This document shows positions 37,912 through 47,102 of a DNA stretch of 64,000 nucleotides, in pieces. Source of the stretch: an uncultured Bacteroidota bacterium (lineage in GTDB: Bacteria; Bacteroidota; Bacteroidia; Bacteroidales; UBA12481); assembly GCA_942493265.1 (NCBI GenBank), contig OW818688.1, positions 5,151,147 to 5,215,146 on the forward strand, read 5' to 3'. The notes below the pieces were generated by a model. That model was given only the letters and a program-made list of their open reading frames with translations, ran no database searches and was not told the DNA's origin. Position 1 is the first letter of the stretch, and each line of letters begins with the position of its first letter. A program made the position numbers and the translations under genes.

Positions 37912-39897
37912 ATGGAAAGGAACAGATTGAAAAAGTATTTGATCATCATAATTCCGGCATTATTCCTGATCTGGAGCCTGCAACTGAACCTTTCGGGAGG
38001 TCCATTTTCCTTGTCGAGGAGTGACCCTGAATATCCGTATTTATTGAACGGACTCAATTGTGCAACACTGAATTTCAGCAATATAGGTCATACTGATCAT
38101 CCGGGAACACCTTTTCAGATGATAACAGGCTTGTTTATCAGGGTAACTCATCTTTTTATCGGACAGGAACCCATCGTTCAGGATGTACTTTCCCGACCGG
38201 AAACCTATATGGCATCCGCCTCGCTTTTTCTGTCGTTACTGACCTTTTTCCTGATGTACTGGCTTGGAACTGTTGCGATCCGGAAGGACGGCCGTCTCAT
38301 CGGGGCAATCATACTGCAATCATCGTTCCTGCTAAGCAATGTTCTGGCGGATATGCCGCTCAGATACAATCCCGACCGGATGCTCATGATCTATAACCTG
38401 ATCCTGGCTGGATTAACCGTAAAATTTCTGTTTACTGAAAATTATTCCATCAGGAGATTTGCCATTCTTACCGGAATTCTGATGGGCATTGGATTTGCGA
38501 CCAAATTCAATTACCTGCCGGTGCTGATTATTCCGCTGATGATGATCCCGGACATGCGAAACCGGCTGATATACAGCGGATCCGTCGCCGGTGCATTCTT
38601 CATCAGCATACTCCCGATAATCGGTAAATTCAAGGAATTCCGAAGATTCATTTCAGGGGTGGTATCCCATGACGGGTTGTACGGACAAGGCTCTCAACAA
38701 GTAATCAACTTGAAGTCGTTTGCCCGGAATTTTGTGGATTTGCTTTCAAATAACCTGGCTTACACGATGATTCTGGTTTTAACCATCGGAATTATTGTTT
38801 ACTATCTAATCAGCAAGAAGAACCAGCCGGCTGACAACCAATTGATTATCATATTAAAAGCATTTATAATTGCCTCATTGATCGGGTTTATCCTTGTATT
38901 AAAACACTATAAAGCATATTACTTTGCCCCGGTATTAAGTTTGAGCGGTCTGGTATTATTCATCATGTGGAAAATTTCAGGGAGTAATTTAAAATCAGAA
39001 AAATCCCGGTCAATGATAGCTGCTTCGGTGCTGTCGTTGCTACTCCTTATATCAGTAATTCCCCTGCCGGCGCAATATCGGAACCGGTTACTAAATAAAC
39101 GGGCCAATCTGAAAACACAGCAATTTTACGCTGAGAATATCACAAAAAAGGATTTGCTGTTCATTGAACCTACCTGGCTGGCTGGTCCGATGATTGAAAA
39201 TGCATTGATATATGGCCTCAGTTATGTAGCTCATCGTCAGGAATTTTACTCCGACTACCAGCAGCTTTATCCCAATGTGCTTACCTGGGAAGGTGCAGGC
39301 AAAAATCCTGCGCTGTTCCGCACGGCGGAAGCGGATCCTGAATCCATTCTGTTCAGCGGAAGGGATATCTATATTTATTCATCCCCCGGAAGGAATGCCG
39401 GAACCCTGCTGAATTACCTGGATACTCTTTCGGGCAGCTACGGCACGCGGATTATGAGGGATACTGTTTTTTCCAATCCGGATAATCAGGACAAGGTAAT
39501 CAGGGTTAGAAACCTGGAAGGATGGACGACCCTTACAGATGTGAAAGAGGTTACCGGGCCAGTGAAATTATCATCGGGAAGTCCGGTTAGTATCAGCATT
39601 CCAATTCCCGGTGTGACAACAGGTGATTATCTGGAAATAACCCTTCGGATTTATAAAAACGATCCGGAAAACAAATGCCGGTTGATTGCCCGGTCGGGTC
39701 AATCCGATACCGATGGTATTTATTTTGAGGACTCAGGGTCGTTGCAGGATATCGGACATGGCTGGCAACTATTACGTCTGCGCGGAAAAATCAATGCAAC
39801 ACCGGCTGATGGTCAGCTGATTTGTCAGGCCTACTATCCCGGAAATAAAACAATCACCGTTCGGGACTTACAGATCAAGCATTTTGGACGCAGGTAA
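37912..39897 (+). CDS. Polytopic membrane protein, putative GT-C-fold (ArnT/PMT-like) glycosyltransferase with a C-terminal soluble beta-rich domain
   Basis: 661 aa with ~10-11 predicted TM helices over residues 1-400. An acidic first-loop motif (SRSDPEYPY) occurs where GT-C enzymes carry the catalytic Asp/Glu. The ~250-aa C-terminal domain is non-membrane. The assignment is an inference from topology and neighbourhood. Confidence 0.45.
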   Translation: MERNRLKKYLIIIIPALFLIWSLQLNLSGGPFSLSRSDPEYPYLLNGLNCATLNFSNIGHTDHPGTPFQMITGLFIRVTHLFIGQEPIVQDVLSRPETYMASASLFLSLLTFFLMYWLGTVAIRKDGRLIGAIILQSSFLLSNVLADMPLRYNPDRMLMIYNLILAGLTVKFLFTENYSIRRFAILTGILMGIGFATKFNYLPVLIIPLMMIPDMRNRLIYSGSVAGAFFISILPIIGKFKEFRRFISGVVSHDGLYGQGSQQVINLKSFARNFVDLLSNNLAYTMILVLTIGIIVYYLISKKNQPADNQLIIILKAFIIASLIGFILVLKHYKAYYFAPVLSLSGLVLFIMWKISGSNLKSEKSRSMIAASVLSLLLLISVIPLPAQYRNRLLNKRANLKTQQFYAENITKKDLLFIEPTWLAGPMIENALIYGLSYVAHRQEFYSDYQQLYPNVLTWEGAGKNPALFRTAEADPESILFSGRDIYIYSSPGRNAGTLLNYLDTLSGSYGTRIMRDTVFSNPDNQDKVIRVRNLEGWTTLTDVKEVTGPVKLSSGSPVSISIPIPGVTTGDYLEITLRIYKNDPENKCRLIARSGQSDTDGIYFEDSGSLQDIGHGWQLLRLRGKINATPADGQLICQAYYPGNKTITVRDLQIKHFGRR

Positions 39898-39923
39898 ATA
39901 AAAATTTGAAAAACATATACTCC

Positions 39924-42900
39924 ATGATCAAATCCAGTATGATTTCACGGTTAAGTCTGATTGCCGGACTCGCTATTTCGACATTGCAGCTGACGGCAAT
40001 GGAGAACACCAACAAAATTTTGTGGCAGATCGGTAAAACTGACCGCAATACAGCAGAATTTGCGCTGGCGCCGGCCGCGCACCGTCAATTTACGCACGAC
40101 GGATTTTTCATCATCGGAGCATCGGATCCGGCAAAAGACTGGCCATATGTGCAGCCCGGACCGGGTGATGCGTGGGCAGGTGGCCGCCAGCATAATTATA
40201 CAATTGCCTTTGGGATGAAAGATGCGGGGAAATCTGACTCCTGTGCGCTCATCATCGATCTGGCCGACACACACAATTCGATGCCACCCAAACTGACCAT
40301 CAAGATCAACAATCTGACCTTTAACCGGGAAATGCCGGCCGGCAGCGGAGATGAGTCGATCAACGGTGATGCTTCAGCAGGCAAGCCTTATCAGATAAAA
40401 TTGATGTTTCCTTCGGCCGCTTTAAAGTCGGGAACCAATGAAATATCCATCACCACCCTGTCAGGCAGCTGGTTACTATATGATGCACTTCGTCTGGAAG
40501 GACCTGAGTACCTGAAGCCTGAGCCGATGAAAACTTATCTGGCCATCACTGATCTTCATGCTTCGCAAGGGGCTTATTCACAAGGGGATGCGCTTTATCG
40601 CGACATTCTGATCACCCTTCAGTATGCAGGAAAACCTTTTTCGGGCAAACTGACCGCGAACGGATTACCCATGGCAGATGTCAAAATCGTGCCAGGCAGT
40701 CAGGATTTTACGCTCCATGTACCGGAAGTAACCAAAACCGCCCTGTTCAATATCGGGATCAATCAAGGCAACAAAGCGGTAGTAACCAAAGAACTGATGC
40801 TAACGCCTGTGAGAAAGATGACTGTGTACATTTTACCTCATTCACATACAGATATCGGTTATACGGAGATCCAGACCGCTATTGAGGACAAGCAGGTTCA
40901 GAATCTGGTAGACGGAATAAAATATGCCAGACAGACAGCAGGATACCCTGAAGGTGCGCGATTTATCTGGAATGTAGAGGTTACCTGGGCTGCCGACCTG
41001 TATCTGAACCGATTGGGTGACCAGGCAAAAAAAGATTTTTATGAAGCAGCCAGGACCGGGCAAATTTCGTTCAACGGAATGTATCTGAATGAATTAACCG
41101 GACTATGCAGGCCTGAAGAGCTTTTAAGATTATTTAAATATACCACTGAGCTGTCGAAATCTACTGGCCAGAAAATTGATGCGGCCATGATCAGTGACGT
41201 CCCGGGTTATACCTGGGGAACCGTAACCGCCATGGCACAGGCAGGCATCAGGTATTTTTCGGTTGCCCCGAATTATTTCGACCGGATCGGGGATATCCTC
41301 GTGAAGTGGGAAAACAAACCCTTCTGGTGGGTATCTCCCTCAGGTCAGGAGAAAGTTCTGGTATGGATTCCATTAAAAGGATATGCCCTTTCGCACATGA
41401 TTTCAAAGCTATCGCCGGAATGGGTGACCGATTACCTCGGACAACTGGGCAAAATGAATTATCCGTACGATATTGCGCATATCAGGTGGAGCGGACATGG
41501 TGACAACGCAGTTCCCGATCCGGCGATCTGTGAATTCGTAAAAGACTGGAATACAAAATATACCTGGCCAAAGTTTATTATTTCATCAACCAGCGAGGCA
41601 TTCGGGGCTTTTGAAAAGGCATACGGGAAGCAGATTCCATCGGTTGCCGGCGACTGGACTCCCTATTGGGAAGACGGGGCAGGTTCATCGGCACTGGAGA
41701 CTGCAATGAACAGAAATACGGCAGAACGGCTGAGTCAGGCTGAAGTATTATGGGCGCTGCAGAATCCGGCAAAATATCCGGTTGAAAAATTCGAGGATGC
41801 CTGGAAAAAAGTACTGCTCTATTCCGAGCACACCTGGGGAGCCTGGTGCAGCATCACCGATCCGGAAAATCAGATGACCCGGGAACAATGGGAAATCAAG
41901 AAAAGTTATGCCGATGATGCGGCTTCACTGACGGATGCTTTATATAAGCCGGCAGCCACAGGAACCCTTGCCAATAAGGTTGATGTTGTAAACACGAATA
42001 ACTGGGCAAGGAAAGAGATGGTATTCCTGTCGCGGGAGCAAAGTGCTGCCGGCGACAAGGTTGTTGATGAGTCGGGCAAGGTGATGAAATCGCAACGCCT
42101 TGCAAATGGGGAACTTGCACTTATCGGAGTTCCGGTGGCACCCTTTTCATCTTCCAGATTCAGCATCATGCCGGGTAAGGCTATTGCAGAAGGTTCGGTT
42201 AAAATATCAGGAAATAAAATCAGCAACAACCTGATTGAATGTGAGATTGATCCGATAAAAGGAGATATTATCTCCCTGATTGACAAACGTTCCGGGAAAA
42301 ACCTGATCGACAGAACCGGCGGAAAAGCGGCCAACCAATACGTTTTTCTGGAAGGGAATGACGTTAAAAATTTACAAACCAACGGGAAGGTAAAGATTGT
42401 CACTAAAGAAAACGGCCCGTTGGTTGGTGCAATTGAAATCAGCTCGGATGCCCCGGGATGCAATAAACTTACCCGCGAGATCTGGTTATCACATGATGCT
42501 GATTATGTGATCATTGTGAATGCAGTAGATAAAAAGCGGGCACCGATGCCAGAGAAAGTGGGAGACTGGTTTCTTGCACAGAATAAGAACAAGGAGAGTG
42601 TGAATTTCGGATTTCCTTTTGCCGTTCAGGGAGGGGTTATGCGGATGGACCTGCCTTTAGGACAGATGATTCCCGAGCAGGATCAGATGCCGGGTGCCTG
42701 TAAGAACTGGTTTACGGTGGGTCGCTGGACGGATGTATCGAATGATCGTGAAGGGGTAACCTGGGTTACGATGGATGCTCCGTTAGTTGAAGTTGGTGAG
42801 ATTTCAGCAACGCTGATCGGCTCGCAGAACAATCCGGATATCTGGAGGAAAAAGGTGGAACCCACGCAAACTTTCTATTCCTGGGCGATGAATAACCATT

Positions 42901-43292
42901 GGGGAACCAATTACCGCCAGTATCAGGAAGGTCCGGTAGTATTCAGGTATATCCTGAAACCGCACGGCGCCTTTGATGCCGCTGAAACAAACCGGTTTGC
43001 CACGGGATTCAGTCAGCCGCTTGTTGTCAGAGCAGCTGCCGGGGAACCGTATGTTGCCCCCTTTACACTAGAAAGTAAAACTGTTATGGTGATCGCCTTC
43101 AAACCTGCCGACGATGGGGAGGGATTTGTGGTAACCCTTTATAATCCCGGTAAAACAGCGGATAAATTCACGCTGAAACCATTGACGGGCAATAAATTAT
43201 ACATGTGCGATACCGGTGAGAACAAGCTGGGTGAAGTACCGGGAACACTGGAACTGCCCGGTCAGGGAGTTATGACGGTAAGGTTCTGGTAA
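39924..43292 (+). CDS. Secreted GH38-like (alpha-mannosidase family) protein with an N-terminal ~300-aa accessory domain
   Basis: I prefer ATG 39924 (MIKSSMISRLSLIAGLAISTLQLTA, a signal peptide) over the track's TTG at 39906. The motif VYILPHSHTDIGYT matches the GH38 N-terminal PHSHxDxG metal-site signature. The size and layout fit GH38-related proteins. Confidence 0.6.
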   Translation: MIKSSMISRLSLIAGLAISTLQLTAMENTNKILWQIGKTDRNTAEFALAPAAHRQFTHDGFFIIGASDPAKDWPYVQPGPGDAWAGGRQHNYTIAFGMKDAGKSDSCALIIDLADTHNSMPPKLTIKINNLTFNREMPAGSGDESINGDASAGKPYQIKLMFPSAALKSGTNEISITTLSGSWLLYDALRLEGPEYLKPEPMKTYLAITDLHASQGAYSQGDALYRDILITLQYAGKPFSGKLTANGLPMADVKIVPGSQDFTLHVPEVTKTALFNIGINQGNKAVVTKELMLTPVRKMTVYILPHSHTDIGYTEIQTAIEDKQVQNLVDGIKYARQTAGYPEGARFIWNVEVTWAADLYLNRLGDQAKKDFYEAARTGQISFNGMYLNELTGLCRPEELLRLFKYTTELSKSTGQKIDAAMISDVPGYTWGTVTAMAQAGIRYFSVAPNYFDRIGDILVKWENKPFWWVSPSGQEKVLVWIPLKGYALSHMISKLSPEWVTDYLGQLGKMNYPYDIAHIRWSGHGDNAVPDPAICEFVKDWNTKYTWPKFIISSTSEAFGAFEKAYGKQIPSVAGDWTPYWEDGAGSSALETAMNRNTAERLSQAEVLWALQNPAKYPVEKFEDAWKKVLLYSEHTWGAWCSITDPENQMTREQWEIKKSYADDAASLTDALYKPAATGTLANKVDVVNTNNWARKEMVFLSREQSAAGDKVVDESGKVMKSQRLANGELALIGVPVAPFSSSRFSIMPGKAIAEGSVKISGNKISNNLIECEIDPIKGDIISLIDKRSGKNLIDRTGGKAANQYVFLEGNDVKNLQTNGKVKIVTKENGPLVGAIEISSDAPGCNKLTREIWLSHDADYVIIVNAVDKKRAPMPEKVGDWFLAQNKNKESVNFGFPFAVQGGVMRMDLPLGQMIPEQDQMPGACKNWFTVGRWTDVSNDREGVTWVTMDAPLVEVGEISATLIGSQNNPDIWRKKVEPTQTFYSWAMNNHWGTNYRQYQEGPVVFRYILKPHGAFDAAETNRFATGFSQPLVVRAAAGEPYVAPFTLESKTVMVIAFKPADDGEGFVVTLYNPGKTADKFTLKPLTGNKLYMCDTGENKLGEVPGTLELPGQGVMTVRFW

Positions 43293-43330
43293 TAAGCGAC
43301 ATATTTGGTCCCGGAATTAAAAACATGATC

Positions 43331-43393
43331 TCACGCAAAAACGCAAAGACGCAAATTAGCTCGGTTCTATTGCGTCTTTGCGTCTTTGCGCGA
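43331..43393. terminator. Long hairpin (bidirectional terminator candidate) between the convergent GH38-like and phosphohexomutase genes
   Basis: A perfect 14-bp stem ACGCAAAGACGCAA (43341-43354) pairs with TTGCGTCTTTGCGT (43370-43383) around a 15-nt loop. It is extendable to 24 bp with 2 mismatches (43331-43354 / 43370-43393). A T-run follows on the minus strand side and an A-rich run follows on the plus side. Confidence 0.7.
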
Positions 43394-43475
43394 AAAAAAA
43401 TAAAAAAACTGGTCTTCGATTTCCGAATTTCACCTGCAGAAAATCAATTTACAACAAAGGTGACGGCCATAGGGG

Positions 43476-44987
43476 TTAGCGGACCTCCAGATTTACATAC
43501 CTCTGCAGGAAGCTGCGGAGCTGCACCATAATCCGGTTCACCCCTCCAGCCTCATTTGATTCGACGTTGAGAGGCATAACGGGGTCATGCAGCGACAACC
43601 TTAACAGGAACCAGCCGTTTCCGCTGGCAGGATTACAGGCCACCCGGATACCTTCATGGTTATCGGGCACAATGCTCCATCCATCCACCTGAGCGGCAAA
43701 TGCCTGCAAGTCAGCAATTACCTGCATGCCATAATTCTTAAAATCAGGAGTGAGGATTCTGATCCTGAATTCCTGACTCTCTGCGGGCATAATCAGCTTA
43801 TCGGTAAGAGAATGAAAACTAACACCCTGCATACGCATTTTCGCAGCCTTGACCAGGATTTTGGTAATCAGGTAGGCACCATCGTCGAGAAAGAAATTCT
43901 CCTTCAGAGCGGCATGGCCGCTTGTTTCGATAGCCAGCCAGGATTCCGTACCCGACTGATTGAGACGGACGGACTCATTGATAACATTTTTATATCCTCT
44001 CTTGAACCGGTGATGAATTCCCTTCAGATCATTAACAATGAATGAATTAAGTCCATCAGAAGTAATTGAATCGGTCACGATTGCCGACCCGGGATGTTCC
44101 TCGAGGATTATGGCGGAAACCAGGGCAATCAAACGATTCCGGTTGATTAATGTTCCGGATTGGTCCACCATGGCTGAGCGGTCGACATCGGTATCGAAGA
44201 TGATTCCGATATCCGCGTGATTATCGATGACTGCTTTTTGGATAAAACCCATGGCTGTTTCATCCTCCGGGTTGGGCACATGGTTCGGGAAGGTGCCATC
44301 CGGATCCAGAAACTGGCTGCCCCGGGTATCGGCACCCAGTTGTTGCAGCACCTGGCCTGCAAAAAATCCACCGGAACCGTTCCCGGCATCCACCACGATA
44401 TGGAATCCCAGAAGCGGGGTGTTAAAATGGTCGGGGTGATTCACGCCATCCCGGATTGTTTTGACCAGAAAATCTGAATACTCTCCGATCAGATCGAATG
44501 AAGAAACGGTACCTGGCTTTGAGGTGGCAGGTGAATCTTCGGAAGCTGACTTTTCCAGGATATCCGTAATATCCTTTTTATCGAGACCCCCGTTGCGGGT
44601 AAAAAATTTCAATCCATTCCGGTTAAACGGCAGATGGCTGGCAGTGAGCATCACGGCGCCATCATACCGGGTTTTATCAAAAACCGTAGACATAAACATG
44701 GCCGGGGTCGACGATAGATCGCAGTTAACGGCATGTGCCCCGGTGCTTACAACACCTTGAATAAAAGCCTTTATGAGGGCGGGACCGGAAATTCGGGAAT
44801 CGCGGCCGACCGATATGGTGAGATTGGCCGGAGCGGTTGCGGCGTATTCAGAAAGCCATAAAACAAACGCGGCAGCAATTTTCGCAACAGCTTCTGCCGG
44901 CAGGTTAACCGGTTCATCCGGAACACCTTCAGATGCGACACCACGGATATCAGAGCCGTTTTGCAGGGAAAGCCAGTTAAATTCCAT
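43476..44987 (-). CDS. Phosphohexomutase (phosphomannomutase/phosphoglucomutase family)
   Basis: 503 aa. Active-site loop TASHLPFNRNG (catalytic Ser), Mg loop FDTDVDRSAMVD and sugar-binding loop ETSGHA. Confidence 0.88.
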   Translation of the reverse strand: MEFNWLSLQNGSDIRGVASEGVPDEPVNLPAEAVAKIAAAFVLWLSEYAATAPANLTISVGRDSRISGPALIKAFIQGVVSTGAHAVNCDLSSTPAMFMSTVFDKTRYDGAVMLTASHLPFNRNGLKFFTRNGGLDKKDITDILEKSASEDSPATSKPGTVSSFDLIGEYSDFLVKTIRDGVNHPDHFNTPLLGFHIVVDAGNGSGGFFAGQVLQQLGADTRGSQFLDPDGTFPNHVPNPEDETAMGFIQKAVIDNHADIGIIFDTDVDRSAMVDQSGTLINRNRLIALVSAIILEEHPGSAIVTDSITSDGLNSFIVNDLKGIHHRFKRGYKNVINESVRLNQSGTESWLAIETSGHAALKENFFLDDGAYLITKILVKAAKMRMQGVSFHSLTDKLIMPAESQEFRIRILTPDFKNYGMQVIADLQAFAAQVDGWSIVPDNHEGIRVACNPASGNGWFLLRLSLHDPVMPLNVESNEAGGVNRIMVQLRSFLQRYVNLEVR

Positions 44988-45008
44988 AAAGAGAGGAGAG
45001 TAAGATTT

Positions 45009-45086
45009 ACCACGGAGACACTGAGAGCATGGAGAGGCACGGAAATATTTTTTCCGTGTTTCTCCGTGTCTCAGTGTCTCCGTGGT
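45009..45086. terminator. Large imperfect hairpin (~37-bp arms) downstream of the Zn-dehydrogenase gene
   Basis: Outer 18 bp are perfect: ACCACGGAGACACTGAGA (45009-45026) pairs with TCTCAGTGTCTCCGTGGT (45069-45086). The inner arms match at 15 of 18 positions and the loop is at ~45046-45050. It lies 14 nt after the stop at 45100 (minus strand) and 22 nt before the next gene's start (44987). Confidence 0.6.
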
Positions 45087-45099
45087 AATATTTCATTTT

Positions 45100-46371
45100 T
45101 CAAGCAGTTGTAACATCAGCAAAGTGGTTGAGGAGGAATTTCTCAGCCTCATTGTTCCACAAGCCGTTATGTTTCAGAACCAGCCGATCCAGATTCCTGA
45201 ATAATTCATCATCCGCGCCTTTTTGTGCAAAATCAGAAATAGCAGTCAGAGGCATATTGATATTGGTATAAATAAGCTTCTTTCCACCAGGTATTTCCGG
45301 AAGATGGAGCGTAGTGGGGATCACTGCGTCCAATCCGCCGATATGGGTAATCATGACGGCGGGGTTGATTGCCCGTGCGGCCATGAGCCGGAGGGATTCG
45401 ATCATATCATCGGTATTGCCGCCGCTGGTACCCACAACATGCGTGGAAGCATAATGAACATTAAAGAAATTGAATTCAGCCTTAAAATCCGGGTTGGTTG
45501 GTCCGGCGAAGAAATTCAGGCACCCGTCACGGCCCAGTATCCTGTCGGCCTGCTCGGTAACCTGCCTCACGGGAGCAAAAACGAATACATCATCATAACC
45601 TTTGCCATCCGTTAACGAGAGGAGATACTCATCCGGGGAGCTGATATCCCGGGTATTTACGAAAACCAGTTTAACTCCGCAGTTTGCGGCCTCACTCACC
45701 GGATAGATGGATTCCGCGCGCTTCAGCCTGTCGCCGTCGGTATCGGTTATCACCAATAATCCGGGACGTCTATCACAATGGATTGCATAATCAATGGCCC
45801 CAAGTCCCATGGCTCCCCCACCGGCTAAAATGGCCATATTTCCGCCCTTAACCACCCCCATATGATGCACATAAGAACCGGAAACCGTATGATAATTAGC
45901 ACTGAATGCACCCACAATGCACGACATCGGTTCCGATAATGAAGCCATGAAATACCCGTCGCCGGAATATTCCAGCAAACAATTCATTTCCATAACCTCG
46001 TTGGGGATAATCACATAAGTGGCATCGCCCCCGATCCAGCGGTAAGAATATCCGGGGGCATCCAGACTTCCCTTGTAATTCATGGCCGGCTGGATGGAGA
46101 ATTTACTTCCCGGCCGGAACTTATTTTGCCATTTTGCGCCGACCTCAACAATTTCGCCGCAGAATTCGTGGCCGATCATGGTTGGGTTGATATGGATATC
46201 ATCGGGGATCCTCTTATGATCGGAACCCTGTTGGGCCGCTTTATACGACGACATGCAAATACTATCGGATATCACATGGGCCAGAATTTCATCCTCCTGA
46301 AGATCAGGCAATTCAAACTCTTCCAGGCGTAGATCATTTTTACCGTAAATTCTGACTGCTCTAGTTTTCAT
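45100..46371 (-). CDS. Zn-dependent medium-chain dehydrogenase/reductase (sugar/polyol-phosphate dehydrogenase-like, 423 aa)
   Basis: GHEFCGEIVEVG zinc-ADH motif, a Rossmann segment ILAGGGAMGLGAIDYA, and an unusually long (~420 aa) MDR. Substrate unknown. Confidence 0.8.
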   Translation of the reverse strand: MKTRAVRIYGKNDLRLEEFELPDLQEDEILAHVISDSICMSSYKAAQQGSDHKRIPDDIHINPTMIGHEFCGEIVEVGAKWQNKFRPGSKFSIQPAMNYKGSLDAPGYSYRWIGGDATYVIIPNEVMEMNCLLEYSGDGYFMASLSEPMSCIVGAFSANYHTVSGSYVHHMGVVKGGNMAILAGGGAMGLGAIDYAIHCDRRPGLLVITDTDGDRLKRAESIYPVSEAANCGVKLVFVNTRDISSPDEYLLSLTDGKGYDDVFVFAPVRQVTEQADRILGRDGCLNFFAGPTNPDFKAEFNFFNVHYASTHVVGTSGGNTDDMIESLRLMAARAINPAVMITHIGGLDAVIPTTLHLPEIPGGKKLIYTNINMPLTAISDFAQKGADDELFRNLDRLVLKHNGLWNNEAEKFLLNHFADVTTA

Positions 46372-46382
46372 GCATTAAAATT

Positions 46383-47102
46383 TTAAAAGGCGCCATACAG
46401 GGCATGGGTTTCCGTATTGCAATATAACATGGAATAAATGAAAAAGTTGGGTCGGCTGGTTTCCAGTTTCCTTTCCAGATGCAGAATAGGTTTACCCTTC
46501 TTCACCTTAAGGTAGTCGATGATCTTACCCTCAGCCGGTATAGCTTTTAAGCGCTGAAGTCCTCCCTTGATTTCGATGGAATAGTTTTTCCGGAGGATCT
46601 CGAACAAAGATTTGTTTTCGAATGACCTCGAACAGAACCGAGGGAGGTTAACGTTTGCGATATAGCTGATATCGTAGAAAAGCGGAATTTCATTCACCAT
46701 CCTGATTCTTTCCAGAAAGATACAGCCAGATTCGAGTTCCGCCGGTGAAAGGTCAAAGATGAACTTCTCGGGCCATTTGATGATGGTGGGACCGGACAGG
46801 ATATGAGTTTTCAGGATTTTTTTTCCGATGGCGGAAGTAGTTCCCGAAACGGACAAAATTCCGATGTCGGTAGGGATACGATGAACGATACTCCCCTTGC
46901 CCTGATGTTTATGGATCAGTCCATCGTTGGTCAATTTCGACAGGGCCTGGCGAACAGTAGGACGTGTTATCTGGTGCAGCCGGCACAATTCGTTCTCCGA
47001 CGGCAGGATATCGCCTTCCTGATAAACCCCTTCTAGAATATGCTTGCGCAAAAGCTCATATACCTTTCGATATTGTGGTATGGCACGATCCGTCGTTGTC
47101 AT
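46383..47102 (-). CDS. GntR-family transcriptional regulator, HutC subfamily (wHTH + UTRA effector domain)
   Basis: 239 aa. The N-terminal LPSENELCRLHQITRPTVRQALSKLTNDGLI is a GntR wHTH. The C-terminal ~150 aa has a UTRA-like pattern. Confidence 0.88.
   Translation of the reverse strand: MTTTDRAIPQYRKVYELLRKHILEGVYQEGDILPSENELCRLHQITRPTVRQALSKLTNDGLIHKHQGKGSIVHRIPTDIGILSVSGTTSAIGKKILKTHILSGPTIIKWPEKFIFDLSPAELESGCIFLERIRMVNEIPLFYDISYIANVNLPRFCSRSFENKSLFEILRKNYSIEIKGGLQRLKAIPAEGKIIDYLKVKKGKPILHLERKLETSRPNFFIYSMLYCNTETHALYGAF

Noticed and set aside
43325-43531. A 68-aa plus-strand ORF in the GH38-like / mutase spacer.
   Set aside because: Its sequence is the translation of the octamer hairpin and an A-run (ISRKNAKTQ...RKKIKK), and its 3' half is antisense to the mutase gene. 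It is not credible as a gene.
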